DNA from: Caulobacter sp.
Lineage (GTDB): Bacteria > Pseudomonadota > Alphaproteobacteria > Caulobacterales > Caulobacteraceae
Direction of reading: 5' to 3'
Length of the DNA: 64,000 nt
Assembly (NCBI GenBank): GCA_040383665.1
Contig: JBEIDC010000005.1
Coordinates: 353 to 64,352, forward strand
Under the pieces are notes generated by a model that searched no databases, was not told where the DNA came from, and was given only the letters and a program-made list of their open reading frames with translations. Positions 48,152 to 60,880 of the stretch are shown one piece after another; position 1 is the first letter of the stretch; each line of letters opens with the position of its first letter. The position numbers were made by a program, and so were the translations under genes.

Positions 48152-49417
48152 TCAGCCGAACAGCACCGCCTCGAAGGCTTCCGGAGCCGCCATGGCCGTC
48201 TTCGAGCCCAGCACGGAGATCACGCTCTTGCGGTCCGCCGTCAGCCGCTCGCCGAGGCGTGCGAAGTCGGCGGCGGTGACCGCGTCGATGGCCTCCGCGA
48301 TCTCGGCGGCCGGGTAGAGGCGACCGAACAGCAGGGTCTGGCCGGCGGCCTGTTCGGCCCGCGATAGCGGCTGCTCGCGGCCCATGAACATCGAGGCCTT
48401 CAGCTGGGCCTTGGCGCGGGCCAGCTCCGCGGCGCCGACCGATGTCGCCAGGCCCAGGATCTCGCCGGCGCAGATCCGAGCCAGCTCGGCGGCGTCGCCG
48501 GCCGCGCAGCCGGCGTAGATGCCCAGCACACCGACGTCCTCGTAGGTGTCGGCATAGGCGTCGACCGCGTAGGCCAGGCCCCGGTTCTCGCGGGCCTCCT
48601 GGAACAGCCGCGAGGACATGCCTCCGCCTAACGCCTCGGCGAAGACCCGCAGCACGAAGTAGTCGTCGTCGCTGGCCCCGACGGCGGGCAGCAGGAGAAC
48701 GAGGTGGGCCTGCTCCAGCTTGCGCCCCTTGGCCGCGACGCCTCCGGTGAAGACGGCCGGGGCCGGGGAGGGCTCGCCCGCCTGCGCCGGCAGATGGCCG
48801 AAGGCCTGCTCGGCCAGGGCCAGCAGATGGTCCTCGTCCACCGCCCCTGCGGCGCTGACCACCAGACGATCAGGCGCATATAGCGCCGCGCGCCAGGCCG
48901 ACAGCGAGTCGGGCGTGGCGGGCTTGAGCGACTTGACGGTGCCCAGGATCGGGCGGCCCAGAGACTGACCCTCGAAGGCCTTCTCCTGCGCAAGCTCGAA
49001 CACCAGGTCGTCGGGCGTGTCGGCGGCCTCGGCGATCTCCTGGCCGACGACCTGCTTTTCGCGGACCAGGTCGGTCGCCTGCATCGTCGGGCGCAGCAGC
49101 AGATCGGCGGTGATTTCCATGGCCAGCGGCAGGCCGCCCTTCAGGGCGCGGGTCTGGAAGCTGGTCCGCTCATAGCCGGTGGCGGCGTTCAGCTGGCCGC
49201 CCTCGGTCTCGATGGCCTCGACGATCTCGCGGGCCGACCGCTCGCCGGCCCCCTTGAACACCATGTGCTCGAGAAGGTGCGACCAGCCGGACCGGGCGAC
49301 GTCCTCGGAGCGGGCCCCGCGGCCGGCGACGACCGACAGGGCCAGGGTCTCGAGGCCGGGCATGGGGTCGCAGATGACCCGCACGCCATTGGCCAGGGTG
49401 TGGAGGCGGGCGGTCAC
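48152..49417 (-). CDS. M16 family zinc peptidase
   Basis: HLLEHMVFKG (HxxEH); GTG start overlaps the thrC stop. Confidence 0.93.
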   Translation of the reverse strand: MTARLHTLANGVRVICDPMPGLETLALSVVAGRGARSEDVARSGWSHLLEHMVFKGAGERSAREIVEAIETEGGQLNAATGYERTSFQTRALKGGLPLAMEITADLLLRPTMQATDLVREKQVVGQEIAEAADTPDDLVFELAQEKAFEGQSLGRPILGTVKSLKPATPDSLSAWRAALYAPDRLVVSAAGAVDEDHLLALAEQAFGHLPAQAGEPSPAPAVFTGGVAAKGRKLEQAHLVLLLPAVGASDDDYFVLRVFAEALGGGMSSRLFQEARENRGLAYAVDAYADTYEDVGVLGIYAGCAAGDAAELARICAGEILGLATSVGAAELARAKAQLKASMFMGREQPLSRAEQAAGQTLLFGRLYPAAEIAEAIDAVTAADFARLGERLTADRKSVISVLGSKTAMAAPEAFEAVLFG

Positions 49418-50820
49418 CGGCGCGCGAAATCGCGGATGAAGGCCTTGATCGTCTCGGCGTCTGCGGGCAGGCGGTCGAAGCGCTCGGCCTTGCCGTCCAG
49501 GCGCCGAGCGGAGGCGGGCGTCGGCGGCGCGGTGCCGGTCGCGGCCTGCACCGCCTCGGGGAACTTGGCCGGATGGGCGGTCGACAGGATCACCAGCGGC
49601 ATCCCGTCCGGCAGCGTGGCGCGGTTGGCGGCCGCCACGGCGACGGCCGTGTGCGGGTCGATGACCTCGCCGGTCTCGTTCAGCGTGGCCAGGATGGTGC
49701 GGGCGGTGTCGTCCTCGGTCACCGAGGCGCCGGAGAACAGCGCCTTCATCTCGCTGAGCGCCGCCGGCGGGAGGTCCAGCAAGCCGGTCTCGGTGAAGGC
49801 GCGGAAGGCGCGGCTGGTCTCGACCCCGTCGCGGCGGGCGGTCTCGTAGTAGAGCCGCTCGAAGTTGGAGGCGATCTGGATGTCCATGGCCGGCGACTGG
49901 GTGGCGGCGACCACGCCCCGGGCGTAACGGCCCTCCTCGAAGGCGCGGGCCATGATGTCGTTGCTGTTGGTGGCCACGATGATCCGGCCGATCGGCAGGC
50001 CCATCTGTTTGGCCACCCAGCCGGCGAAGGCGTCGCCGAAGTTTCCGGTCGGGACGCAGAAGGCGATCTCGCGCCCCGGCGCGCCCAGGGCGGCGGCGGC
50101 GGTGAAGTAGTAGACCGCCTGGGCGACGATGCGGGCGAAGTTGATCGAGTTGACGCCCGTCAGGTCGACCGCCTGGCGGAACGGCTCGTCGCCGAACAGG
50201 CCCTTCACGATGGTCTGGCAGTCGTCGAAGGTGCCCTCGACCGACAGGCAGGCGACATTGGCGTCGGCGGCCGTGGTCATGAAGCGGCGCTGGACCTCGC
50301 TGATCCGGCCTTCGGGGAACAGGGCGACGATGCGGGTGTTGGCCCGGCCGCGAAAGGCCTCGACAGCGGCGCCGCCGGTGTCGCCCGAGGTGGCGCAGAC
50401 CACGGTCATGACCCGACCCTGCCGCGACAGGGCGTAGTCGTACAACCGCCCCAGCAGCTGCATCGCCACGTCCTTGAAGGCCAGGGACGGGCCGTGGAAC
50501 AGTTCCAGCAGGAACTGGCCGGGGCGCAGCTGCTTGATCGGGCAGGTCGCGGCGTGGGTGAAGGTCCCGTAGGCCTCGGTGCACATCTCCAGCAGCACGT
50601 CGTGCGGGATCTCGTGCCCTGCGAAGCGGGAGATAATGTCCGCGGCGACCTCGGCGTAGGATCTGCCCGCGAACCCTGCGATCTCCTCGGTCGTCAGGGT
50701 CGGCCAGGTTTGCGGCACATACAGGCCGCCATCGGGCGCGAGACCCGCCAGAACGGCGTCGAGGAACCCGATGGGCGCGGCGTCTCCTGCCGAGCCCGCC
50801 CTGGTGGAGACGTACTTCAT
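49414..50820 (-). CDS. thrC: Threonine synthase
   Basis: MKYVSTR, LAPDGGLY, FHGPSLAFKD, ATSGDTG, TAHPAKF. Confidence 0.96.
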   Translation of the reverse strand: MKYVSTRAGSAGDAAPIGFLDAVLAGLAPDGGLYVPQTWPTLTTEEIAGFAGRSYAEVAADIISRFAGHEIPHDVLLEMCTEAYGTFTHAATCPIKQLRPGQFLLELFHGPSLAFKDVAMQLLGRLYDYALSRQGRVMTVVCATSGDTGGAAVEAFRGRANTRIVALFPEGRISEVQRRFMTTAADANVACLSVEGTFDDCQTIVKGLFGDEPFRQAVDLTGVNSINFARIVAQAVYYFTAAAALGAPGREIAFCVPTGNFGDAFAGWVAKQMGLPIGRIIVATNSNDIMARAFEEGRYARGVVAATQSPAMDIQIASNFERLYYETARRDGVETSRAFRAFTETGLLDLPPAALSEMKALFSGASVTEDDTARTILATLNETGEVIDPHTAVAVAAANRATLPDGMPLVILSTAHPAKFPEAVQAATGTAPPTPASARRLDGKAERFDRLPADAETIKAFIRDFARR

Positions 50821-51521
50821 GCGTTCTTCAACTTGCGACGGACGAGGGCGACGTAGACGCCGACCAGGGCTGCGGCAAGGCCGTACCAAGTCAGGGCGTA
50901 CTCGAGATGGCGGTTTGTGATCGTCTCGGGGAGCGGCGTGGGAACCAGCGCCTTCCATTCGGGATTGGACGACGTCTCGGCCGTCACCATCACGTCCGGA
51001 TGGCGGACCGCGCCGAGGGCCCTGGCCATGGCCGGCAGGTCGGCGCTGTAGAAACGCCCGTCGCGGGCGGCCGGCGTAAAGGCGCCGGGCGGCACGCCTT
51101 CCCGCAACAGTCCGGTCAGACGGACGACCGAATCGTCGCCGGACGTCGGCGGGCGGGCGGAGATGGTGTCGGCGACAAAGCCGCGGTCGACCAGGATGGC
51201 CGGGCGGTCTGCCGCATAGGTGCAGAGCGAAACCAGCCGCGATCCGGCTTCACCGTCCTTCAGCGCGTAGAGCTCGACGAACTTCGCGCCGGCAAGGCCC
51301 GGACAGTCGAGGGTCACGCGGGTGAAGCGATAGGCCGGCGTCAACGGAACCGTCGTGATCGGCTTCGGCGGCGCGGCGCGGGTCTCTGCGATGCGGTCGA
51401 GCAGTTGCGACTTCCAGGCCAGCCTTTGCAGCTGCCAGGTTCCGAGCGCCAGAAGGATCAGCAGGGCGACGGCGGTGCTGATGGTCAGCCCGACCGGGAA
51501 ACGCGCACGGAGCTCAGACAT
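50817..51521 (-). CDS. surf1: SURF1-family oxidase assembly protein
   Basis: LGTWQLQRL, VDRG, HLEYALTWY. Confidence 0.92.
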   Translation of the reverse strand: MSELRARFPVGLTISTAVALLILLALGTWQLQRLAWKSQLLDRIAETRAAPPKPITTVPLTPAYRFTRVTLDCPGLAGAKFVELYALKDGEAGSRLVSLCTYAADRPAILVDRGFVADTISARPPTSGDDSVVRLTGLLREGVPPGAFTPAARDGRFYSADLPAMARALGAVRHPDVMVTAETSSNPEWKALVPTPLPETITNRHLEYALTWYGLAAALVGVYVALVRRKLKNA

Positions 51522-51870
51522 CGTCGCGGCCGGCCTCACGAGCCTTGTTGGCGAACTGGGCCGCGAGCAGCAGGCCCTTGAAGGGGCGCAGGAGCCCGCC
51601 ACAGACGATCACGGTCAACGGCAACCAGACGACCAGCTGCAGCCAGGGCGGCGGGTTCCAGGCGATCTGGGTGAACACCGCGCCGAACGCGACGAGAAAG
51701 CCGCCGATCAGAATGACGAAAACGGCCGGTCCGTCTCCGGAGTCGGCCGCCTTCAGGTCGAAGCCGCAGGCTTCGCATGTCGGGGCCACCTTGAGGAATC
51801 CCTCGAACAGGTGGCCCTCGCCGCAGTTGGGGCAGCGTCCGGCCGCCCCGGCTGCGTATGGGTTCGCCAT
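51514..51870 (-). CDS. DUF983 protein
   Basis: GRCPNCGEG, CEACG, DSGDGPA. Confidence 0.88.
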   Translation of the reverse strand: MANPYAAGAAGRCPNCGEGHLFEGFLKVAPTCEACGFDLKAADSGDGPAVFVILIGGFLVAFGAVFTQIAWNPPPWLQLVVWLPLTVIVCGGLLRPFKGLLLAAQFANKAREAGRDDV

Positions 51871-51871
51871 G

Positions 51872-52786
51872 CTAGGGCGTGCCGAAGATCACGTAGATGA
51901 ACGCGAACAGGAACAGCCACACCACGTCGACGAAGTGCCAGTACCAGGCAGCGGCCTCGAAGCCGAAGTGCTGCTTGGGCGTGAAGGCGCCGTTGAGCAG
52001 GCGAATGAGGCAGACCGCCAGGAAGATGGTGCCGATCAGCACATGGAAGCCGTGGAAGCCCGTCGCCATCATGAAGGCCGAACCATAGAGCCCGGCGTTG
52101 GCCGCTTCCTCCGAGAAGAACAGCTTCTCGTGCAGGATGTGGTCGTACTCGTAGACCTGGACGGCCGTGAACAGGGCGCCGAGCAGGATGGTCAGAGCCA
52201 GGCCGATCTTGGCGGCCTTGCGGTCGCCGACCTGCAGGGCGTGGTGAGCCCAGGTCACGGTGGTGCCCGACAGCAGCAGGATCAGGGTGTTGATCAGCGG
52301 CAGGTGGAAGGCGGGAATCAGTTCGACGCCCTTGGGCGGCCACTGGGCCCAGGCCTCGGCCACGCCCTCGAAGTTGCCGATGGCGGGCGTCAGGGTGCGA
52401 TGCTCCTGGAACAGGGCCATCTCGAAGAAGATCCAGAACCAGGCGACGAAGAACATCACTTCCGAAGCGATGAACATGATCATGCCGTAGCGCAGGTGCA
52501 GCGACACGACCGGGGTGTGATCGCCGGCGTTGGCTTCCTTGATCACATCGCTCCACCAGCCGAAGAAGGTGTAGAGCACGAGCGCCAGACCGATCCCGAA
52601 GGTGATCGGGTGGCCCTTGCCGAACAGGTAGGACACCAGCGGCGAGGTCTCGTCGGTGACCGTGACCAGGCCCCTCATCCAGACCACGGCGCCGATCATC
52701 ATGATCGTCGCGCCGATCGAGCCGATCAGCGGCCAGGGACTGGGGTTAACCAGGTGATAGTCGTGCTTTACGGCGCCGTGGGCCAT
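51872..52786 (-). CDS. coxC: Cytochrome c oxidase subunit III
   Basis: [29 protein letters not shown]. Confidence 0.96.
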   Translation of the reverse strand: MAHGAVKHDYHLVNPSPWPLIGSIGATIMMIGAVVWMRGLVTVTDETSPLVSYLFGKGHPITFGIGLALVLYTFFGWWSDVIKEANAGDHTPVVSLHLRYGMIMFIASEVMFFVAWFWIFFEMALFQEHRTLTPAIGNFEGVAEAWAQWPPKGVELIPAFHLPLINTLILLLSGTTVTWAHHALQVGDRKAAKIGLALTILLGALFTAVQVYEYDHILHEKLFFSEEAANAGLYGSAFMMATGFHGFHVLIGTIFLAVCLIRLLNGAFTPKQHFGFEAAAWYWHFVDVVWLFLFAFIYVIFGTP

Positions 52787-52844
52787 GATCGTGCCTGAAC
52801 CTCTGTTTCCCCCGGAGCGGCGAGCCGCCCCAAAATCCCGTGTG

Positions 52845-53444
52845 CTATAGCCCCGCCCCGGCCGTTCCGCCAAGAGGCGCTTGCGCGCTTCCTTCGGTCG
52901 AGGGGAAGAAGGTGTAGGAAAGCGTCACCTCGGGCGTCCCCTTCGTCTCGAAATCCTCGGCGAACTTGGGATCCACGAAGTAGACGACCGGGAACTCCTT
53001 GGTCTCGCCCGGCTGGATGGTCTGGTCGGTGAAACAGAAGCATTCGAGCTTCTGGAAGTAGAGGCCGGCTGATTCGGGCACCACGTTGTAGGTGGCCTGG
53101 GCTGTCAGCGGCGTCGTGCCGTTGTTGGTGACCTTGTAGAAGGCCAGGCCCGTATCGCCGATCTTCACCTCCTGGCTCACCTGCTCGGGCGCGAAGCTCC
53201 AGGGCAGGTTGCGGACGTTGGCGTCGAAGCGAATGGTCAGGGTCTTGTTGAGCACCTTGTCCGGCGCGACGTCGGCCCTGCGGACCGTGCCATCGAAGCC
53301 GGTCAGCTGGCAGAAGGCGCGGTAAAGCGGCACCGAGGCGAAGGAGACGCCAACCATCCCGAAGAAGGCGGCTCCGCAGATCAGACCCAGGCGGGCGTTG
53401 CGCTGCGCGGCCGAGCGCGGAGCTTTAGAGGGGGCGGCTTGCAA
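52845..53444 (-). CDS. ctaG: Cox11/CtaG copper assembly protein
   Basis: [22 protein letters not shown]; TTG start inferred. Confidence 0.93.
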   Translation of the reverse strand: MQAAPSKAPRSAAQRNARLGLICGAAFFGMVGVSFASVPLYRAFCQLTGFDGTVRRADVAPDKVLNKTLTIRFDANVRNLPWSFAPEQVSQEVKIGDTGLAFYKVTNNGTTPLTAQATYNVVPESAGLYFQKLECFCFTDQTIQPGETKEFPVVYFVDPKFAEDFETKGTPEVTLSYTFFPSTEGSAQAPLGGTAGAGL

Positions 53445-53607
53445 TGTGGCCTCCCATACGAACGAGCGTGACGCCGTAGACCAGCAGGATGAAGACCACC
53501 AGGCCGAGGGCGAGGGCAATGTTTCGGCCGCGGCGCGCCTTGTCGAGGGCTGCCGTGTCGACCGGGGCCGCCATGACCGGCGGCGTGTCGTCTTGCAGAG
53601 AGGTCAC
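53425..53607 (-). CDS. Small single-TM protein of the cox operon
   Basis: RRGRNIALAL...YGVTLVRMG. Confidence 0.75.
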   Translation of the reverse strand: MTSLQDDTPPVMAAPVDTAALDKARRGRNIALALGLVVFILLVYGVTLVRMGGHIASRPL

Positions 53608-54588
53608 TTAGAGGAGCTCCAGCGGCGCTATCCGGGCCAGATGCTCGGCGAGCAGGGCCGCGAACAGCAATGTAAGGTACAGGATCGAGAAGGCGAACAG
53701 GTTGCGGGCGTCCTTGGAGCCGGCCCGGACGGCGTAGAGTCGGTCCTCGCCCTCGATACGCTCGTCGGGGGCGTCGCCGGCCCGTGAGCGGAACACGCGC
53801 CAGGCCAGCAGCACGAACACCGCCCCGCCGAGCGCGGCCACCGCGAGGTAGACCGGGCCGCCAAGCCCGGTGAAGGCCGGGATCTGGCAGATCGGCGCGA
53901 ACAGAAGCGAATAGATCAGGATCTGCTTGCGGGTGGAGGCCGCGCCCCTGGCCACGGGCATCATCGGCACGCCGACCTTGGCGTAGTCCTCCGATGTGTA
54001 GAGGGCCAGCGCCCAGGCGTGAGGCGGCGTCCACATGAAGATGATCAGCACCATCAGCCAGGCGTTCAGCGGCGTTTCGCCGGCCGCGGCGGCCCAGCCG
54101 ATGGCCGGAGGCAGGGCGCCGGCCAGACCGCCGATCACGATGTTCTGCGGCGTCCAGCGCTTGAGCCACATCGTGTAGACCACGACATAGAAGTAGATGG
54201 TGAAGGCCAGCAGCCCGGCCGCCAGCCAGTTAGTGGTCATGCCCAGCAGCATCACCGAGAAGAGGGACAGGACGATTCCCAGGGTGGCGGCCTCGGCGCC
54301 CTTGACCTTGCCGGCCGGCACCGGGCGGGCCCGGGTGCGGCGCATGCGGCCGTCGATATCGGCGTCGAACCACATGTTCAGCGCGCCGGACGCGCCCGCG
54401 CCGACCGCGATGCACAGGACCGCCACGAAGGCCAGCAGCGGGTTCATCGGCTGTTTGGCGCAGACCAGCCCGGTCGCGGCGGTGAACACCACCAGCGACA
54501 TGACGCGCGGCTTCAACAGCTGCAGATAGTCAGACCAGAGCGCCGGCTGTGATGCGGCGCGGCCTTCGATGGCGACGGGCTTGCTCAT
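53608..54588 (-). CDS. ctaB: Heme o synthase (protoheme IX farnesyltransferase)
   Basis: LLKPRVMSL, DADID..MRRTRARP, WTPPH. Confidence 0.95.
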   Translation of the reverse strand: MSKPVAIEGRAASQPALWSDYLQLLKPRVMSLVVFTAATGLVCAKQPMNPLLAFVAVLCIAVGAGASGALNMWFDADIDGRMRRTRARPVPAGKVKGAEAATLGIVLSLFSVMLLGMTTNWLAAGLLAFTIYFYVVVYTMWLKRWTPQNIVIGGLAGALPPAIGWAAAAGETPLNAWLMVLIIFMWTPPHAWALALYTSEDYAKVGVPMMPVARGAASTRKQILIYSLLFAPICQIPAFTGLGGPVYLAVAALGGAVFVLLAWRVFRSRAGDAPDERIEGEDRLYAVRAGSKDARNLFAFSILYLTLLFAALLAEHLARIAPLELL

Positions 54589-54670
54589 GTTCGCAAGGTA
54601 CATAGGCGAAGGGCGCGCCGGGGTCCAACCCCGACGCGCCCTTTTGGTGCGACCAATGATCCGACTGGAC

Positions 54671-57272
<2,602 letters not shown>

Positions 57273-57606
57273 GACCCTCTCTGGCCTGCTTTGCCGGCCC
57301 TGGTCCGGGGGGACCAAGGATGCCCGGCTTCTTCCATCTGGCTCAGGGAGGAACTTCTTCAAGCTCGCTTACGAGCTCTGCGTCGACGCCCCTCCACGCC
57401 TACCGGAGGCGTGAATACGCGCAACGCCCCCCCTTGCCAAGCGCCTCGCCGTCGCAGGCGCCACAAGGAAAAGGCCAACCTCTGCGAGGGGCTCGCAACA
57501 ACGGCCCCCAAGGCTATGGGGCACGGCAAGCTACCCGGCTTAAAAAGGTACCTTGCGGTACTCAGTACTGTGCGTTAGACAGCTCTGGAACCTGGAGACG
57601 GACCAC

Positions 57607-57933
57607 GTGCCGGAAACCATAGAAATCCAACTGAAGAAGGGCGTCCTGACGCTGTGCGTGCTGGCCTTGCTGCACCGCGCCGACAGCTACGCCTACGAGA
57701 TCGCTAGCCAGCTCGCGAAGGACATCGACATGGGGGAGGGGACCATCTACCCGCTGATGAGACGACTGCAGGCGGATGGCCTGGTCGATACGTATCTGGT
57801 CGAGTCGCAGAGCGGCCCGCCCCGGAAATACTACCGCCTGACCGACGCGGGGCGCGCCAGCTTCATCTCGCAGAAGTCCGAATGGACGGCCTTCACCCGG
57901 GCCGTCGACGCCATCCTGGGAGCCGAGGCATGA
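57607..57933 (+). CDS. PadR-family regulator
   Basis: QLKKGVL, EGTIYPLMRRL, GPPRKYYRLT. Confidence 0.92.
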   Translation: MPETIEIQLKKGVLTLCVLALLHRADSYAYEIASQLAKDIDMGEGTIYPLMRRLQADGLVDTYLVESQSGPPRKYYRLTDAGRASFISQKSEWTAFTRAVDAILGAEA

Positions 57934-58496
57934 CCCGCGCCGACTTCATCGTCCGGCTGAAGGCCGGACTGGCCGGAATGCCGGCAAGCCAGATCAGCGA
58001 TATCGTCGCCGACTACGACACTCACTTCGCCGACGCGATCGCCGCCGGACGCACCGAGGCCGAAGTGGCCGAGGCGCTGGGCGATCCCGGGCGTCTGGCC
58101 CGCGAACTGAAGGCCGAGGAAGGCCTCAAGCGCTGGGAAGAGCAGAAGAACCCGTCGGCCGCGATGGCCGCCGTGTTCGCGGTGCTCGGCCTGGGCGCCA
58201 TCGACATCCTGGTGCTGCTGCCCATCCTCATGGGCGTGGTCGGCGCGCTGTTCGGCTTCTTCATGGCGGCCATCGGCATCTTCCTGGGCGGCGGGTTCGT
58301 CTTCGCCGCCGGGCCCTTCATGGGACCGCCGGGCGGCCCGCTGACAGCCGTTCTCGCCGGCATCGGCCTGATGGCCGCGGCCACGGCCATCGCCGCCGTC
58401 ACGACCATCGTCACGGTCGGCCTGGTCAACCTGCTCGTCTGGTACGGGCGCCTCCACTACCGGCTGCTGAAGCCGGCCATCGAACCGCAAGGCTGA
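57930..58496 (+). CDS. DUF1700 membrane protein
   Basis: DIVADYDTHF...GRTEAEVAEALGDP. Confidence 0.88.
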   Translation: MTRADFIVRLKAGLAGMPASQISDIVADYDTHFADAIAAGRTEAEVAEALGDPGRLARELKAEEGLKRWEEQKNPSAAMAAVFAVLGLGAIDILVLLPILMGVVGALFGFFMAAIGIFLGGGFVFAAGPFMGPPGGPLTAVLAGIGLMAAATAIAAVTTIVTVGLVNLLVWYGRLHYRLLKPAIEPQG

Positions 58497-58507
58497 GGGA
58501 CAGAGCC

Positions 58508-59296
58508 ATGATCCGCACCCTGATCACCATCGCCTTCGCGAGCTTCATTCTCGCGGTCGCCTGTCTGGCCGGCGCCGCCGCCCTGGGCGGTCGCGACATC
58601 GCCGAGAACGGCTGGACCATCCCCAGCGAGTGGCAGTACCGCATCACCGAGCGCGAGGGCCGCAACCGGGTGGAGCGCGTCCGCCCCAGCGAGACGATCA
58701 CGCGAGAGCTGCCCTGGAACGGCGGCGAGTCGCTTGTGCTCGACCTTCCCGTCGACGTCACATACGTCCAGGGCGCTGAGGCCCGGGTCGTTATCGAGGG
58801 GCCGAAAGACTACGCTGAACGGATCACGCTCGAGGGCGGCCGCTTCGGCCTCGCCGGCGACGTACAGATCGACAGCAGCGACGTGACGATCGATCTCAAC
58901 GGCGTGCGCGTCCTGGATGCGAGCGATCGCATCCGGATCACCGTCACCGCCCCGAAGGTGTCGACCTTCACCGTGAACGGCGCCGGCGATCTCGATATCC
59001 GGAACTATGACCAGCCAAGGCTTACCGTGCAGGTCCAGGGCAGCGGCGACGTGACCGGCGCCGGCCGGTCCGACGCCCTGAAGCTCGGGATCGTCGGGTC
59101 GGGAAGCATCGATCTCGCCGATATCGACGCGCGGGACGCCGAGGTCTCCACCTCGGGCAGCGGCGACACCACCGTGGCCGCCCGGGGCGTGGTCAAGGTC
59201 GCGGTCGCCGGCAGCGGCGACGTCAGCCTGCGCGCCAAGCCCGCCAGTCTGACGAGCGAAATCAGCGGATCTGGCAATGTGGACCAGGACTACTGA
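58508..59296 (+). CDS. GIN/DUF2807 beta-helix protein
   Basis: Repeated xGSGDV units; N-terminal TM. Confidence 0.85.
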   Translation: MIRTLITIAFASFILAVACLAGAAALGGRDIAENGWTIPSEWQYRITEREGRNRVERVRPSETITRELPWNGGESLVLDLPVDVTYVQGAEARVVIEGPKDYAERITLEGGRFGLAGDVQIDSSDVTIDLNGVRVLDASDRIRITVTAPKVSTFTVNGAGDLDIRNYDQPRLTVQVQGSGDVTGAGRSDALKLGIVGSGSIDLADIDARDAEVSTSGSGDTTVAARGVVKVAVAGSGDVSLRAKPASLTSEISGSGNVDQDY

Positions 59297-59331
59297 TGAC
59301 GAAGGCGGTCTGACGCCCTACCTTTAGCGCC

Positions 59332-60762
59332 ATGACCGCCTCTCCTCTCGCTCCCTCGCTCCTGGACGCCGCCGGCGTCGATCCCGAACGGGCCCGCGCC
59401 ATCCTCGGCGAGGCCCTTGCCGGAGCCGACGACGGTGAACTGTTCCTGGAGCGGTCGGAGTCCGAGGCCTTCGTCTTCGACGACGGACGCCTGAAGACCG
59501 CCAGCTATGATTCGGGCGAGGGCTTCGGCCTTCGCGTCGTCGCCGGCGAGACGGCCGGCTACGCCCACGCCAGCGAAATCTCCGAGGCCGCCATCCGGCG
59601 CGCCGGCGATTCGGCCAGGCTGGCCCGCCGCGGCTATGCCGGCGTGGCGGCCGAGGCCCCGCGCGCCACCAACGCCAAACTCTACGACGAGGCCGATCCG
59701 GTCGCCTCCCCGGGCTTCTCCGACAAGGTCGCCCTGATGCAGGAGATCGACGCCTTCGCCAGGGCCCGCGATCCGCGCGTGGTCCAGGTCATGGCCTCGA
59801 TGGCCGGCGAGCGGCGCACGGTCGAGATTCTGCGCGCCGACGGCCGCCTGATCCGTGATGTGCGGCCCCTGGTGCGCGTCAATGTCCAGGTCACCGTCGA
59901 ACGGGACGGCCGCCGGGAGACGGGGACGTCCGGCGCCGGCGGCCGCGCCGGCTTCGAGGCCTGGATTTCCCCCGACAAGTGGCAGGCCCAGGTCGACGAC
60001 GCGATTCGCCAGGCGACCGTGAACCTCGACGCCGTCGACTGCCCGGCGGGCGAGATGGACGTTGTCCTCGGCCCGGGCTGGAACGGCGTGCTGCTGCACG
60101 AGGCCGTCGGCCACGGGCTGGAAGGCGACTTCAACCGTAAGGGCCTGTCGGCCTTTTCCGGCCGCATCGGCGAGCGGGTCGCCGCGCCGGGCGTTACGGT
60201 TTTCGACGACGGGACCATCCCTGGCCGTCGCGGTTCGCTGACCGTTGATGACGAGGGCACGCCCACGGAGAGGACTATCCTGATCGAGGACGGCATCCTG
60301 GTCGGGTACATGCACGACCGTATGAGCGCCCGGCTGATGGGCATGAGCGTCACCGGCAACGCCCGCCGCCAGTCCTATGCCCACATGCCCATGCCGCGGA
60401 TGACCAACACCGGCATGCTCGGGGGACACCACACCCAGGCCGAGATGATCGCGTCTACGAAGCGGGGCATCTTCTGCGCCCACCTGGGCGGCGGTCAGGT
60501 GGACATCACCAACGGCAAGTTCGTCTTCCAGTGCACCGAGGCCTGGCTCATCGAGGACGGTCGTCTGACCACGCCGGTCAAGGGCGCCAGCCTGATCGGC
60601 GACGGCCCCAGCGCCCTGACCCGGGTGACGATGATCGGCGACGACTTCGAGATAGACCCCGGCGTCGGCGTCTGCGGCAAGGCCGGACAGGGCGTGCCGG
60701 TCGGGGTGGCGCAGCCGTCTATGAAGATCACCGGCCTGACCGTGGGCGGCACCGCCGTCTGA
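59332..60762 (+). CDS. tldD: Metalloprotease TldD
   Basis: LLHEAVGHGLE, PRMTNT, GVCGKAGQGVPV. Confidence 0.95.
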   Translation: MTASPLAPSLLDAAGVDPERARAILGEALAGADDGELFLERSESEAFVFDDGRLKTASYDSGEGFGLRVVAGETAGYAHASEISEAAIRRAGDSARLARRGYAGVAAEAPRATNAKLYDEADPVASPGFSDKVALMQEIDAFARARDPRVVQVMASMAGERRTVEILRADGRLIRDVRPLVRVNVQVTVERDGRRETGTSGAGGRAGFEAWISPDKWQAQVDDAIRQATVNLDAVDCPAGEMDVVLGPGWNGVLLHEAVGHGLEGDFNRKGLSAFSGRIGERVAAPGVTVFDDGTIPGRRGSLTVDDEGTPTERTILIEDGILVGYMHDRMSARLMGMSVTGNARRQSYAHMPMPRMTNTGMLGGHHTQAEMIASTKRGIFCAHLGGGQVDITNGKFVFQCTEAWLIEDGRLTTPVKGASLIGDGPSALTRVTMIGDDFEIDPGVGVCGKAGQGVPVGVAQPSMKITGLTVGGTAV

Positions 60763-60880
60763 CAGATCGCCGTCAGTCTGTCGGCGATTTAATCCACATT
60801 TCGGGTTTGTAACGTGCCTCGCGACGGGCGCGCGATCAGGTTCGCCCGACCTGGGCCGGGGGCTCACGGGGGAGTCCTGG

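Noticed and set aside
57545-57590. PadR operator (GTAC repeats)
   Set aside because: Plausible but no clean palindrome; not supportable
60763-60880. Cobalamin riboswitch or Fur box upstream of the TonB-dependent receptor
   Set aside because: No consensus match
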